Shown: positions 41,181 through 55,115 of the stretch, one piece after another | Layout: each line of letters begins with the position of its first letter | How positions within the stretch are numbered: the stretch's first letter is position 1 | Assembly (NCBI RefSeq): GCF_009914755.1 | Contig: NC_060925.1 | Length of the DNA: 64,000 nt | Origin: the human T2T-CHM13v2.0 reference genome, Homo sapiens | Strand: one strand, 5' to 3' | The notes under the pieces: generated by a model | The model's input: only the letters and a program-made list of their open reading frames with translations | Told to the model about the DNA's origin: nothing | Database searches by the model: none | Program-made: the position numbers and the translations under genes

Positions 41181-41419
41181 TTGTTACCAAATGCTCTACA
41201 GATGTTATGTTTTGGGCTCTTTATTTTCAACTTAATATAGGTTCTTGCCTTCAAAATCAAGGTGAGACCAAAAGGTATGCAAATGCAGTGTAGCAAACAA
41301 GCCTAGACAATTAAAAAACAAAACAAAAAACCTGAAACAGTAAGACTAACATTGAATAGCAAAGCAATTTAGTGAAGAAAGAGGTTATGAGAGTGAGACA
41401 CTCTCAAACCTCCTCTTTC

Positions 41420-41669
41420 TTTTTATGTTAAGTTCTGGGATACATGTGCAGGATGTGCTGGTTTGTTACATAGGTAAACGTGTGCCATGGTGGTTTGCTG
41501 CACCTATCAACCCATCCCCTAGGTATTAAGCCCAGCATGCATCAGCTCTTTTTCCTGATGCTCTCTCCCCATTGCCGCTCCTGCCCCCAAGCACCAGTGT
41601 GTGTTATTCCCCTCCCTGTGTCCATGTATTCTCATTGTTCAGCTCCCACTTATAAGTGAGAACATGCAG
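41420..41669 (-). mobile_element. Short 5'-truncated L1PA (about L1PA7/8) 3' end
   Basis: gggatacatgtgcaggatgtg...cccacttataagtgagaacatgc; TSD TCAAAC(C/T)TCCT(C/G)TTTC at 41404-41419 and 41670-41685. Confidence 0.92.
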
Positions 41670-42843
41670 TCAAACTTCCTGTTTCATTTGGACCTCTCTA
41701 CAATTCTGTGATAGAGGCAGGGGAAGTGATCAACGCATTCAACAAACTGGAAAAAGCAAAGCACAGATGGGTTTCAGCTCCATTACAGCTGCTATAAAAT
41801 GAAATCATAGGATTAAGAAAATTTTAAAGTTTCTTTTAAGGCTGTAATTCTATTATTCTTTGGCTTTCCTAAAGTAAGCCTACTAGTTAATGTGAGATCT
41901 GGTACCAGAACTCGCATTTCTTGATTCTCAGCTCAGGACTTTGTGCTAGACTGGGAAGTGTTGGGGACATAAGAGAACCTCGTTTCAAAGAAAAATGAAA
42001 ATCGCAGCTGGGCAGAAATGCCTTCCTTCCTTTTCTATTGGCAGCATTTTAATACAAGCTTAAAATGTCAATAGAACAGCTTTGGCAATGTTTGCTGAAA
42101 CATACTCATGCCTGAATAATGATTTCCATCTTCACACATTAGTACTTTCGTTCTTCAAACTGTACCCAGTTCCTGCATACTTACTGCTGCTTGATCAGTT
42201 GAAACTCTTCCATACTTAAGCCTTTCCTCATGCCAGAAAAACCACAGCTTTCCACCTCTTAGACTTACTTCATTTCTTTTGAGTTGTTTACTCCATTATT
42301 ACAAAAAGCCAATCATGCTTTGCAAGATAAATATTTACTCTCAGAGTTCCACTCTTCTTTCAGAAGACAAAATAGACACCTTAGAAGGAGAGCAAATAAT
42401 GCATGTAGAATACTAACAATGGAAGCCACATATTTCTATTTGTGGGCACATAAGTGCATATATGCCTCTGGTGTGCTTTGTGGTTGACTTCTTTAGACTC
42501 CAATTTGATCTGAAGTCCAAAGTAGCCTCAGCTCTCTGAAGACACTGGGGCCTTATTTTGTTTGAAGAGACAATGCCATGGCAATGTGGTGCTTGCCTGG
42601 TTACAAGGACTTCCACAGAGGCCACATATTCCTGGCAAGATGTTAGCGGGTGCTGAATTTGAAATAACTATAGCATCTCTACAATTTGATCCTGCATGCT
42701 TTTATTCTATGAATCTGGTTATATATAGTAAATCCCTATTATGTGAATAAGAGGGAACTATACTTGACTAACTGTTTAGAATGCTAGATAAATTACATTT
42801 GCAATAACAGGTCGCTTTTATATGTGCCCAGTCATCTTTTTAA

Positions 42844-43066
42844 CTCATTTCCTGCAGCTTGCTGCCCATGCTCATTTAATTTTACATAAACATGCTCTTT
42901 GAGGCTGAAGCAAATCTGACTGATTTTCAATATAAAAATAAAATATAGAAACTGTTCTTGAAGTTATTTCTAAATAGAACTTGTCTCTAATCCTAATGCA
43001 ACAGAAATGTATATGATGTTATAAGGATTAGAGACAAGAGTATTCTCAGGGCAAATGGGAAATGGG
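42844..43066 (-). mobile_element. MER75 piggyBac MITE
   Basis: TTAA on both sides (42840-42843, 43067-43070); terminal GGGAAATGGG; internal palindrome CTTGTCTCTAATCCT...AGGATTAGAGACAAG. Confidence 0.9.
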
Positions 43067-43269
43067 TTAAAAATCTACAACTTCATTATATTTATTAGAT
43101 TATAAGAACCTTGATGTGTGGAACTTGATCTTATTGCTCTCATCTGGCACCTGGCCTAGAAATTGGTACAGAAGACCTACTACATTGATATGTGATTCAC
43201 ACAGGTGTTGAGAGTACTATGACATACAATAGCAGATTCTGTACTGTGGAAATACTAGAGGCCTCCAAG

Positions 43270-43465
43270 GTAGTGCTCGGGATTCAGGTTCCTTTACTTA
43301 CCACTTTGCAACCTGACCAAGTCATTAATTTCCTCCTATCTAAAGTTGTGATATAATAACATCCTCAAAGTGTTACTGTGAAGAATTATTGTGAGGTTAA
43401 ATGAAATTATGCATGGATGTGCCTAGCACAGTACTTGACACATAATAGGTGCTCAATATGTTAAA
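43270..43465 (+). mobile_element. MIR
   Basis: gtgaggttaaatgaaattatgcatg...cctagcacagtacttgacacataataggtgctcaatatgtta. Confidence 0.75.
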
Positions 43466-46400
43466 TCTAAACTTATTGAATTAAAAAGAACATACTGAAG
43501 AATGGGCATGAGAAGTTTCATGAGGATGAAAGTGCAATTGAAAGAAGTAAAGGAGAATGGGATTTTGTAGTCTGCATGAAGGAGACCGGCAGTATCTCAG
43601 AGGTAAATGAAGACTGAAAGAAAAAAGAAGAGGGCAACCTTGAGTCCCAGTAAGGGGTTGCAGGAATTTTACGGAGTCTAGGAGTTTTCATGCTTGGTTA
43701 AACTATTTTCTGTAGGACAAATTAATAGACTAATACTTATGAAAGTATATGGATGCTATTTTGATTAATAAGCAGAATACATTTAAAAGTACTATATTTC
43801 TGAATCTGTGTTAGCTTTTTATCATTATATATTTTTTAATCAAAGGGCACTAAAAAGTAAACCTACTATTTATACAAGGATCCAGGTTTTGATGTTCAAA
43901 ATGAGTTGTAATACTGGGTTGGAAACCGCTAGTTTAGACTGATAGCAATTGAGGGACTGACTATAAAACCCAGTATAAGACCTGTCATGCTGGCCCAGGA
44001 AAATCCTTGGATCAAGTTATGAGAGTCAGTGTGCTTCCCAATAAATCCAATAACAATTTTATAACAACATGCACAAATTCTGTGAACTTTACATATTTAT
44101 ATAGGAAATTCAAAAATTCTCCCATACCAGCAATGTGAAAACGGTGTCACATCATTATTATAACACATAGCAAACACACACAGAGCCACATGTGGAACTG
44201 AGACCAAAAATAGTTTTTAAGACAGAGAAAAAATGGAAACTTCAGGCAAACTGTGGTCTAAGAGTGAAGTAATTAGAAAATAGAGATGTTGAAAAGCCCA
44301 GAATTCTGAAAAAAATAATCTCTCTTTAAAGCAGATGATTCTCTGTGCCTCTGTCTTATACAGACATAGCTCAGCTAGTTCCTCTGAGCTAAAAGGTTGT
44401 TTGTTTATTTTGCACAGGTTCTAGCAGATCACAGTGGGAGTTTCTGGTCTTGCAGTTAGAGCAGACATTTGGGAGCCAAAAGCTATGGGCTCTATTATCA
44501 TGTATAATGCTGTTACTGACACCCTTTTCTCCATTCCCTTAGTTTATCCATTAGTTAGATATGGAAAAGAATTGCTGCCTCTCAAAATGTTAAGCTTCTT
44601 TAATGAAGATGTGTTTGTATGCTACCAGGGAGGGAGTAGTGCTCATAAATTATAGGGGAATGTTAACATTAATTTGTTGCCTGTTGTTCAACTATATATT
44701 AATTTACTATTAAGTGTAGGGTTGGGGGTAAATGTCAGGAATATAGCACTCTGCAAGGATGATTGATAGGTGGCAGAGTCCACAATTATTCTGCTAGTCA
44801 TAGGTGGTCCAAGAACTTCAGGGCCAAGAATAAATGGACATTTGTAGGAGGTTCACTTGAACTCCAAAGGAACTAGATGGGAGGCTAAGGAAAAGGAGAT
44901 GAAGTCAAGGACTGGCTGCATTTGCCATAAGAAAACACAAAACATACTCAATACGTAACTTAGGCAAAGTCAGCATTGAGACTGTCTTCATTATGCCTTC
45001 TTTCTTCGTTGCCTCAAATGCTTATTGAAATCTTACTATCTCTCAATCTTTGTGCTGGATTTTAGATTACAAGACTGAATAAGATAGACATGACCTCCTT
45101 CCTCCTGGACCTGACAATTGTTCCTTCAAATCACTTCCACACATGCATTGCCTGGGGACTGGGGACTGGGGTCTGGATCCCATGGCCAGACCAAACCCCA
45201 AAGGTGGGTACTGGAGTATCCTTAAATTGGGACAGATATTCACACTGCAAAGGTTTGAAGAAGCAGGAGCTCTTGAAAGGTAGGACTGATCTGTAGCTCT
45301 GTAGGACAACGGACCAATGCTATTAAATGGGATCTGACCATGAGGGTACCTCTTGAGAATAAGTTGACTTTTTTCTTATTTTCTCTTGGACTATGGTTAC
45401 CAGTATATTTAGCCAAGTGTTTTTGTTATTGTTTTTATTTTATTTGCATTTTTAATTTCCCTCATATAATAGAGTATCTACCACCAACTCTTCAGAAAAA
45501 TCTAATACATCAGGATAGCTTTACCTGATACCATTGCAAGGAATAACTGTATGAAGTTTAAAAAAAAAGTGTGGCCTGCCTTACATCCACCCCTCTGCTG
45601 AAACCCAGGCGGGACTTTGAAGAGGCTGTACCCAGGTATTCAGGGAGGCAGCCAGCAGTAAGGGAGGCTTTTCCTTGATGGAGTTTGGAAAGAAGAGGAG
45701 ACTCAGGCAATGCATGAAAAACAACTTCCAGAAGCCTGAGAGGCAAAACCTTCCTTCTCCTAAAAGTCTAGGGAAATTAAGCTTTTAAGAGCATGTTTGT
45801 AGGAAGGCTGATGCTCGCCTTACATCTGCTAATTAGAAGGGGAAATCTATGGAGGCTCAGTGAAAGGTGTATTGAGAGGAAGGGTGGAAACTTGAGAAAA
45901 GCGAAAAAAGTGTGAAATAGGTGAGGGGGAGGATGGGACAGAGGGTTGATGAAGAAACATATACTGTGTTCAAAGTTCAGTTAAGATGGTGTAGTGTCCA
46001 TTTGGTTGTCTTATTTTCTCCAGCAGATCATCTGAAGATTTAGAAATGGGCAACAGTAGGGTTCATCTACCTCTGGCATTTTGCCAGGCACATACAACAG
46101 AAAAATGAGATAGGAAAGATAAGGGCATTGAAAAGAAGGAGGAAGTGATGGGCCATAGAATGTCAATCTGGAGAGGAAGAAATGAAGACAGACAGGAACT
46201 GAGAGGAAGATACAAAGTAAAGAATCTATGAGTTGGAAGATCTCAATGAGGACAAAGAATGATAGGTTGAGAGTCATTTGATTAAAGTTTATGCAGAGAG
46301 ACTGATGTTTGAAAAAATGTTTTTGGAGTTGGAGCAATTCCAGACAATGACATCTTCCAGGGTGTGTCTATGGGAATGACTGGCTGACATGGAGGAGGTC

Positions 46401-46724
46401 CATGGAAGTTAGTAAGTCAAGGCAGTAAGTGACCAGAGTATCAAATAAGGATATGATGTCATCCTGAAAATGGGTGGATGTTGGACAGACAGGAAGACTC
46501 TGAGGGTGTTGAAGTTTTTATAAATCAAAAGCAGGGTTGAAGAGAGGTCAGTACCTAACAGCAAGCAGAAGGTGTTGAACAGTAGCATTGCTCAATGGAA
46601 CAATTTCCACAGAAGCTGGGAAACTTTATACGAGAGGGAAGATAAGAAATAATCTGAAACTGACAGAGTGGAAAAAGCATAGTTTTCATTTACTAATAGA
46701 AACCACAGAACTGGTCAGGCTGGA

Positions 46725-47829
46725 TATCGGGGGAAATTCAGCCAGATATCGGGCAAAATTCACCCCCGATATTTCACGTAGGTTCTTTTCTATATTCCCT
46801 AAATGTCGGCCGGCCTGAGAAATAAAGGGAAAGAGTACAAAAGAGAAATTTTAAAGCTGGGTGTCTAGGGGAGACATCACATGTTGGCAGGTTCCGTGAT
46901 GCCCACTGAGCCGCAAAACCAGCAAGTTTTTATTAGTGATTTTCAAAAGGGGAGGGAGTGTACGAATAGGGTGTGGGTCACAGAGATCACGTGCTTCACA
47001 AGGTAATAGAATATCACAAGGCAAATGGAGGCAGGGCAAGATCACAGGACCACACGACCAGGGTGAAATTAAAATTGCTAATGAAGTTTCGGGCATGCAT
47101 TATCATTGATAACATCTTATCAGGAGACAGGGTTTGAGAGCAGACAGCCGGTCTGACCAAAATTTATTAGGCGGGAATTTCCTCGTCCTAATAAGCCTGG
47201 GAGCGCTATGGGAGACTGGGGCTTATTACATCCCTACAGCTCGACCATAGAAGACGGCCGCCCACCGAAGCGGCCATTTTAGAGGCCTACCCTCAGGGAC
47301 GCATTCTCTTTCTCAGGGATGTTCCTTGCTGAGAAAAAGAATTCAGCAGTATTTCTCCCATTTGCTTTTGAAAGACGAGAAATATGGCTCTGTTCCACCT
47401 GGCTCACTGGCTGTCAGAGTTTAAGGTTATCTCTCTTGTTCCCCGAACATTGCTGTTATCCTGCTCTTTTTTCAGGGTGCCCAGATTTCATATTGTTCAA
47501 ACACACATGCTCTACAATTTGTGCAGTTAACGCAATCATCACAGGGTCCTGAGGTGACATACATCCTCCTCAGTTTACGAGATAACAGGATTAAGAGATT
47601 AAAGTAAAGACAGGCATAGGAAATCACAAGGGTATTGATTAGGGAAGTGATAAGTGTCCATGAAATCTTCACAATTTATGTTCAGAGATTGCAGTAAAGA
47701 CAAGCGTATGAAATTATAAAAGTATTAATTTGGGGAACTAATAAATGTCCATGAAATCTTCACAATTTATGTTCTTCTGCCATGGCTTCAGCTGATCCCT
47801 CCATTCGGGGTTCCTGACTTCCCGCAATA
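46725..47829 (-). mobile_element. MER11 (HERV-K11/HML-8) solo LTR, about 1.1 kb
   Basis: Reverse complement starts tattgcgggaagtcagg and has the duplicated ataaattgtgaagatttcatggaca; 6-bp TSD GCTGGA at 46719-46724 and 47830-47835. Confidence 0.95.
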
Positions 47830-48291
47830 GCTGGATTGGTATTTTTTAACCATTTCTTTTACTTTAAATGGAATTTAAATATAATTTAAATTTTAAATGG
47901 AAAATGAACTATAATCTGGTAAATGGCATGCAGTTTGTTACCTTGCTTGCATATTTTGTCTTATTTTCTGCCCTTTGAGTTTATGTTAGTCTTAGGCTCT
48001 ACATCATTCTTCTCTATGCCTGATAGAATGGTTTGTTTGTACCGCCCTGCAATATATTTAATATTATGATGGGACATATTATGTACCATGCCCAGATCCT
48101 ATGACTCACAATTAATAGGAAAGATTAAGAGACATTACTCATTCATTTATAGCTAAGTGACGTGTTATTTTATTGTTTTATTTATTTTATTATAAGCCCA
48201 TAAGATGATGGCTGTTACGTACATAACACCTAGACCAAGATTGCTAATCAAAGGAAAGGGAACTAAACTAAATCTCTGTTCTTGGCAGCGT

Positions 48292-48620
48292 CACTCATTG
48301 TCCATTCATTCATATGTTTATTGACTCTATCTTATATGTCATGCACTGTATTAGTTGAGCGGTAATATGACTCATTCCTAAGCTTTGTCCTTGAGAGGCC
48401 ATGGTCTAGTGGCAAAAACAATTACAGATATTTGTTAAATGTTATAATAGAATATTGTTCAAGGTGTGTGGGAAGGTTACGGAAGACTTCCTGAAGCTGA
48501 TAATAGTTAATCTCCATCCTGAAGTAAAATGAGTTAGGCAGGTATATAAATAAATCACATCTTAGGTAAAGGGCAAAGCAGCTGAGGTGGAAAGGCTGGA
48601 GCCTAGGCAAGCAATGCACA
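48292..48620 (-). mobile_element. L2 3' fragment
   Basis: cattcattcatatgtttattgactc...gaagacttcctgaag. Confidence 0.6.
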
Positions 48621-48893
48621 TCACGTTCTGGAAGCAGCATGCAGACTGCCAGTTTGCACCCTCCACACATCATATCTGCTTATCCTGAAATTACACTGGA
48701 CTTTGTGGATCCTTCGCAGCAGAAAAGGCTTCACTAAGAAACACTGAAACATATTCAGATTTCAGCTGCTAAATTAAAACTACTGACATTTCTCAAAGAA
48801 TCTGGTTTGTCCATTAAGTGCAAGCTGATATCATCACAGAAATTTTTTATCTTGGGAGCACCTTTTGGAAACTTAGACTCCAGTTACGTATTT

Positions 48894-49109
48894 GAAATAG
48901 CGAAAACCTTTGTCAAACAGCCCTTCAATCCGATGCAAAACCATTAGTGCTTTGTGCGCACATTGGGCAACTGTGATCCTTCAGGATTGGCTGCTCTCGA
49001 GAAAGAAAACTCCCTATGGGCCACCACACCCCCTACTTTATCCATGGGGAAGCAGCGGTATCAAATGGCCAATGGTCCTAGTTCCTGGCACAAAGTAGAA
49101 GCATGATAA
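48894..49109 (+). repeat. Inverted duplication, arm 1
   Basis: Reverse complement of 50017-50241. Confidence 0.95.
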
Positions 49110-50016
49110 ACATTAGTGATTAAACATATTAAACATGGAAAACATAAAATTAGTGATTAAAAATTAGTCTAAATCCATGTCTTACCAGGTGGATTGTTAT
49201 CTCCAGCAAACCCTGGGCCTTGAATTCACTTTTTGTCAAGGAATTTTATTAAGAAACATGAGTCATATCTGAATATTTTTAAAAATATAAATTACAAGTT
49301 AATTGGCTTTGCAAAAGACATATGTTGATGTACTTTGTTGCATTTTAGGTAGCATTTTGGTTAAGAAGAGCCCCCTCTTTAAGCCATTTAAGAGGGAAAA
49401 GCTGATTCACAGTTTGCCTTATTTGCTAGGTATTTCTATTCCAGGGGCAAAGAAGATTATTCAACATATACTTCTGTTCTCTATTTTGACATATCCAGTT
49501 TTTCCAAAGTTCCTAGCCAGATGCTAAATTCATATAGCTGATAAAGGAGTCTCTGTTCTTAAGATGATAATAGAGAGCATTTCATGAAATGGTTAAGCAG
49601 TAACACATATACATAGTATATGTATATATATATATAGTGACTTCTGTTGAAAAAATAAGTGACTATTCGTATTTATTTTCACTCTTTCTCAAAATGCCAC
49701 TAAAATTACAGTGTCATTTTAACTAAAATTAAAAATAATTTTTTAAAGGCATAAAAACACAAAAGAATAAATGGCAGAGGAGATGCAGAAAGGTGTTTGA
49801 ATTGTTACCGATTTAGCAGAAAGTAGAAAGCTAAAACCTTCCTGCCTGTAGCCAGTCTGTTTATGCTGCAGAACCCCAGAAAGGCTCAGAAATTGGAGGC
49901 ACAAAGAACCTTTGGAGATTAGGAATTAAACTGAAAATAGGAGGATCAGTTGAAAGTGTATATAAAGTCGACAGACCTGAAGGACGCTTCTCATATGCAG
50001 AGCATTTAGGAGACTA

Positions 50017-50241
50017 TTATCATGCTTTTACTTTCTGCCAGGAACTAGGACCATTGGCCATTTGATACAGCTGCTTCCCTGTGGATAAAGTAGTGGGGTG
50101 GGGTGTGGTGACCCGTGGGAAGCTTTCTTTCTCGAGAGCAGCCAATCCTGAAGGATCCCAGTTGCTCAATGTGCGCACAAAGCACTAATGGTTTTGCTTC
50201 TAATTGAAGTGCTGTTTGACAAAGAAGGTTTTTGCCATTTC
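50017..50241 (-). repeat. Inverted duplication, arm 2, embedded in the L1ME
   Basis: ttatcatgc...ggaactaggaccattggccatttgatac...tgtgcgcacaaagcactaatggttttgc...gctgtttgacaaag. Confidence 0.95.
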
Positions 50242-51026
50242 TCCTATCCAGAGAAGAGGCAAGGGGCATTAAATGGAAAAATCAAAATCAGAGTAGTTCT
50301 CAACTCTAGGAAAACTGACAGTGAAAGAAGAAGGGTAGGAAAGGCAAACATTGAATGGTGAGACCTGTAACTCCCTGGTGAGACTAAGATCCCAGAATGT
50401 TGGTAGCCAGGCTTATACCTCTCTGTTCCATTCCAGGTGAGACTTCAGAGGATTTCTTTTTAGGGAAATGAATGAGACTAAGAGAAAATACTTTTAGATG
50501 CTAACATATGGGGTTGTTTCCCACACTGTCAAGTTCCCAACCCAATAACCCTACACTGAAGCCAACCAGGAAACACACACAGTTTACAACTAGCTTGTTG
50601 GAGTCTCATTTGTAAATATTGAAGGAAACATTATGGATCATAAGATGCTTGAGGAGGCCTCCAACATGAAATACAGAGAACAAAACTAACAAACACGGAC
50701 AAAAAGAAACTCGGAAGACAGACAATGCAAACAGAAGAAGAAAACAAACCACCGTCAAAACAAAGCAAAATCCTGTATATTTAATATCATCACATATAAA
50801 AGAAGATATTATATATGTTAAATGAGTAAATAATGCTGGTTAAAAACATTCAGAGAATAAGTAAGAGCTCATGGAAATTACAAATATTACAGCAATAATA
50901 AAAGTTCAACAGAAGCACTGGATAAAAGTTGAGAAATTTTAAGAAAATATAACAAGATGAGAAACAAAAATAGAAAAGATACAAGGTTTAGAGAACTAAT
51001 AGGAGTTCTAAGATTAACAGTCTGAC

Positions 51027-51310
<284 letters not shown>

Positions 51311-52704
51311 AAGATTAACAGTCTGACTAATAAGAGTTCTAAAAAGAGTATACTGAAAAAAATTATCAAAATAATAATATAATAATAGTTTCCAAAATTG
51401 GAAGGCACAAATTTCTAGACTGAATGGTTCAGCATAGTGAATGGAAACAGACTAACACAAGGCACATTGTGATTAAAATTTCGGAGTTCCAAGTTTAGAG
51501 ACAAAACCATAACTTTCAATAGAATAAAAGTGAATCAAACATAAAGAATTAAGAATCAGAATGACATTAATATTCTGAAAGTAATTCTGAAATTAGATGT
51601 CAATTGGAGAAATGCCTTCAAAATCCTAAGGAAAATGGTTTCAACTTAGATTTTAAGACCTAGACTAACTATCGATCAAGTTTGTAGGCAGAATAAAAGC
51701 CTTTTCAAAATTTAAAAAAATCTAAAAAAGAAAATTACCTCCCCATGCCCCTTTTTTTCCAGGAAGCTATTGGAGAATACACACCTTCGAAATGCGGAGA
51801 AATATAAGAAAAGGAAGACAAGAGTTCAAGAAGCCAGGCATCCAACAATAATAACTAAAGAGGCAAGGTAATTCTCAGGATGATGTAACAGAAAGTCCAG
51901 ACTGGTGAATGACAATGAAGAACTACAAGAGGTTTGTACTCTGAAAAGAAGAAGGAAAAAAGTGGAACTCACAGTTTGTCTAAAGTTTTTGACCATGTTT
52001 CAAGGAAGTATATGGTTCTGTGCAAAGTTAGCAAAAGGTACATTAAAAAAATGAGAAAACAACAAAATCCGGCAATTACCAACTAAAAGTATAAAGAATT
52101 TGGTACAAAAAAGGAAATTAATAATACACTACATGCTAACTTGTTAACAATTTTTACATAGTACCAATACAATAAATACAATGTTAATTTCAAACTGCAA
52201 TTAATTATGCTGGAAGGATGTGGGAGTGTTAAGAGAGTTAAATTAAAATCTTCATAACAGGAAGTCAACAGATAATACCTACTGAATATTTCTACTTTTT
52301 GGAGGGATGTTGGGTTGGGGAACTACTGTTTCATTTCCTTAAAGTACTATTTGGCTTTTTAAATTGCCTGTACACATGCATATGCATACATAGTCTAAAG
52401 TTAAATTTTTAAAACCACATATAAAAGCCATGTGGGAAAAGAATTATTGTGAATGCTTAGTAAAAGAATGTATGCACAGCACATAATACAATGTTGATAC
52501 ATCATAGAGTATTAATAAAGTCCCCAAGATTTGCCTGCTTGGGATAGTCTTATTAACAAAAGTTAATCTTGTTAATAAAACAGTCAACAAATATATAAAT
52601 CTTTACTCATCAGTCCCTAGTAAAATTTTCCAACTGTTGTGGAAGATATAAAGAAATATGAAACATAATCCTTACATTAAAATACCTTCTAATAAGTTAT
52701 GGCA

Positions 52705-52900
52705 GTTAATATTTAATTGGTGTTATATGTACAGTAGGCACTGTCCCAAGTTCTTTACATATTATCTCTTTTAATTCTATGAGATAGACATTATTATCTC
52801 CATTTTATTATATAAATGAGGAAACTGAGGCACACTAAAATGAAGTAACTTGTCCAGGTCATGGAGCTCATAAGAGAGGGAGGTAGGATTCCAGTCCAAG
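52705..52900 (-). mobile_element. MIR
   Basis: atgaggaaactgaggcac...aagtaacttgtccaggtca MIR core antisense. Confidence 0.8.
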
Positions 52901-52904
52901 CAGA

Positions 52905-53480
52905 AGGCGAGGGAGTCTCAGATTGCTTTATAATCTAATTGAGGGGAAGAAGAAACAGAGCTAAACAACCTTATATGATTTAAGGAGGAGTTCAACATAA
53001 TACTGGAAGAGATGTCACAAACTAATGCAAGCATACTTTAGGGGAAATTGCTGTATTACACTAGGAGATCAGAAGAGAGTGCAAACCCTTCAGACTGATA
53101 GCCAAGGAAGCATTTAATTGGACCAGCTGGCTGGGGAGGGCATTCCTTGTAAGTGAATCAACACGCAGAGGTGGTAACCATAGCATGCCAGGGATCAGCG
53201 AGGAAGGTAATTTGACTAGAGCATAGCACATTTTGTTCATCCACAAATAAAACCTGTGAGATCAAAGCAGGAAAGGCCTAATAACAAATTATAAATGGCC
53301 TTGAAAGCAGACTAAGAAGCTTGGACTTTATTTTGTGAAAACGGGAAGTGATTGCTGAGCATGTGCACTTAATCTGGACATTGTACATGTAATCAGCTGA
53401 CAGGAAGAGAACAAGTAACGGCTTATTGTGGCAGTCTGGATAAGATTTATCAAAATCTCAAACTAGCCTGGGGTAAGTGA
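52905..53480 (-). mobile_element. L2 fragment
   Basis: ggccttgaaagcagactaagaagcttggactttattttgtg...gggaagtgattg. Confidence 0.55.
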
Positions 53481-53849
53481 GAGTGGAATTGGCTGGATCC
53501 TGGATGAGAAGTCCCACAAGGACTTACAGAAACAATTTGCATTTTATCTTTCTACCAAGGAGAAAAGTTTTTCAAACTACAAAGGCTAGATATAATTAAA
53601 AGGGAATTAAATTTCAAAAAGTTCAAGTAAGAGTATCTGCTTTGAAAAAATGAGTTTCTAGGTTTCAATAAGTTACAACATAGCATAATCAAATACTTAA
53701 CTATTATGATTATGAATTGGCTGGCAGGATTTCTTTTAAAATGAAAGTAAAGCTTTCTAGATGTAACAATAAAGCATGCTCAATATGGAAAAAATATACA
53801 AAGAAAAAAATCAGCAAACTTATTCACATACCCTTAGTTTGGTTATTTT

Positions 53850-54370
53850 TTTTCAGTCTTTTCTATGAATAACTTTGTTTCCATGTTAATACAAAGTTAC
53901 AATTGATTATCATATTATATATAGAAGATATAATTTTCTTCTTGCTTAAACATTTTAATAAAACATTTTTCAGTCTTTTCTTTGAATAACTTTGTTTCCA
54001 TGTTAATACACAGTTACAATTGAATTTTCTTCTTGCTTAAACTTTTTTTTTTTTTTTTTTTGAGATGGGGTCTCACTCTATCGCCCAGGCTGGAGTGCAG
54101 TGGCCCGATCTTGGCTCACTGAAAACTCCGCCTCGCAGGTTCATGCTATTCTCCTGCCTCAGCCTCCTGAGTAGCTGGGACTACAGGCACCCGCCACAAC
54201 ACCCAGCTAATTTTTTTGTATTTTTAGTAGACACGGGGTTTCACCGTGTTATCCAGGATGGTCTCGATCTCCTGACCTTGTGATCTGCCCACCTCGGCCT
54301 CCCAAAGTGCTGGGATTACAGGCGTGGGCCACCACACCTGGCCTTGCTTAAACATTTTAATAAAACATTT
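53850..54370 (+). repeat. Tandem duplication of about 95-120 bp whose second unit is interrupted by an Alu
   Basis: ttttcagtcttttct(a/t)tgaataactttgtttccatgttaatac...aattttcttcttgcttaaacattttaataaaacattt occurs twice. Confidence 0.9.
54043..54343 (-). mobile_element. AluY/Sc
   Basis: Antisense dimer; TSD TTGCTTAAAC at 54033-54042 and 54344-54353. Confidence 0.95.
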
Positions 54371-54818
54371 CATATTCCATTACAAATTTATTTGTATACA
54401 TAACTAATAATTGCATAATACTTAATAATGTGTATATATGTACTAAAAGGTTTTTAACCATTCCTGTGTAGTTGGATATTTAAGCACATTCTAAATCTCT
54501 GTTTATATAAGCCTAATATCTCTTTGCTCAAAATCAATTTTCTGTATTGTGGATTACCTCCTCAGGCCGGTTTTCCAGCTAAAAATCTTAAGAAAAACAA
54601 TGGAGAATGAAAGAAGTAAACAGTTTAAACATAACTTCTATTTAAGAGGGCATGAAATGGTTAAATTGCAAAACCTTAGTGAGTCACCAGAGTGATTATT
54701 TTTAACCACACTGTCCCTGAAGGACAACTGATAATGATATATGGGAAGTAACTATAGTGCAGAAAATATCTAAGCAGGCATAACAAGTGTTTAGTAATTA
54801 ACATCAGAATGACATTAT

Positions 54819-55115
<297 letters not shown>

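Noticed and set aside
45780-46700. Purine-rich stretch, possibly antisense L2 ORF relic
   Set aside because: Too degenerate to assign confidently by eye
47610-47775. Direct repeat tgtccatgaaatcttcacaatttatgttc
   Set aside because: Intrinsic feature of the MER11 LTR consensus
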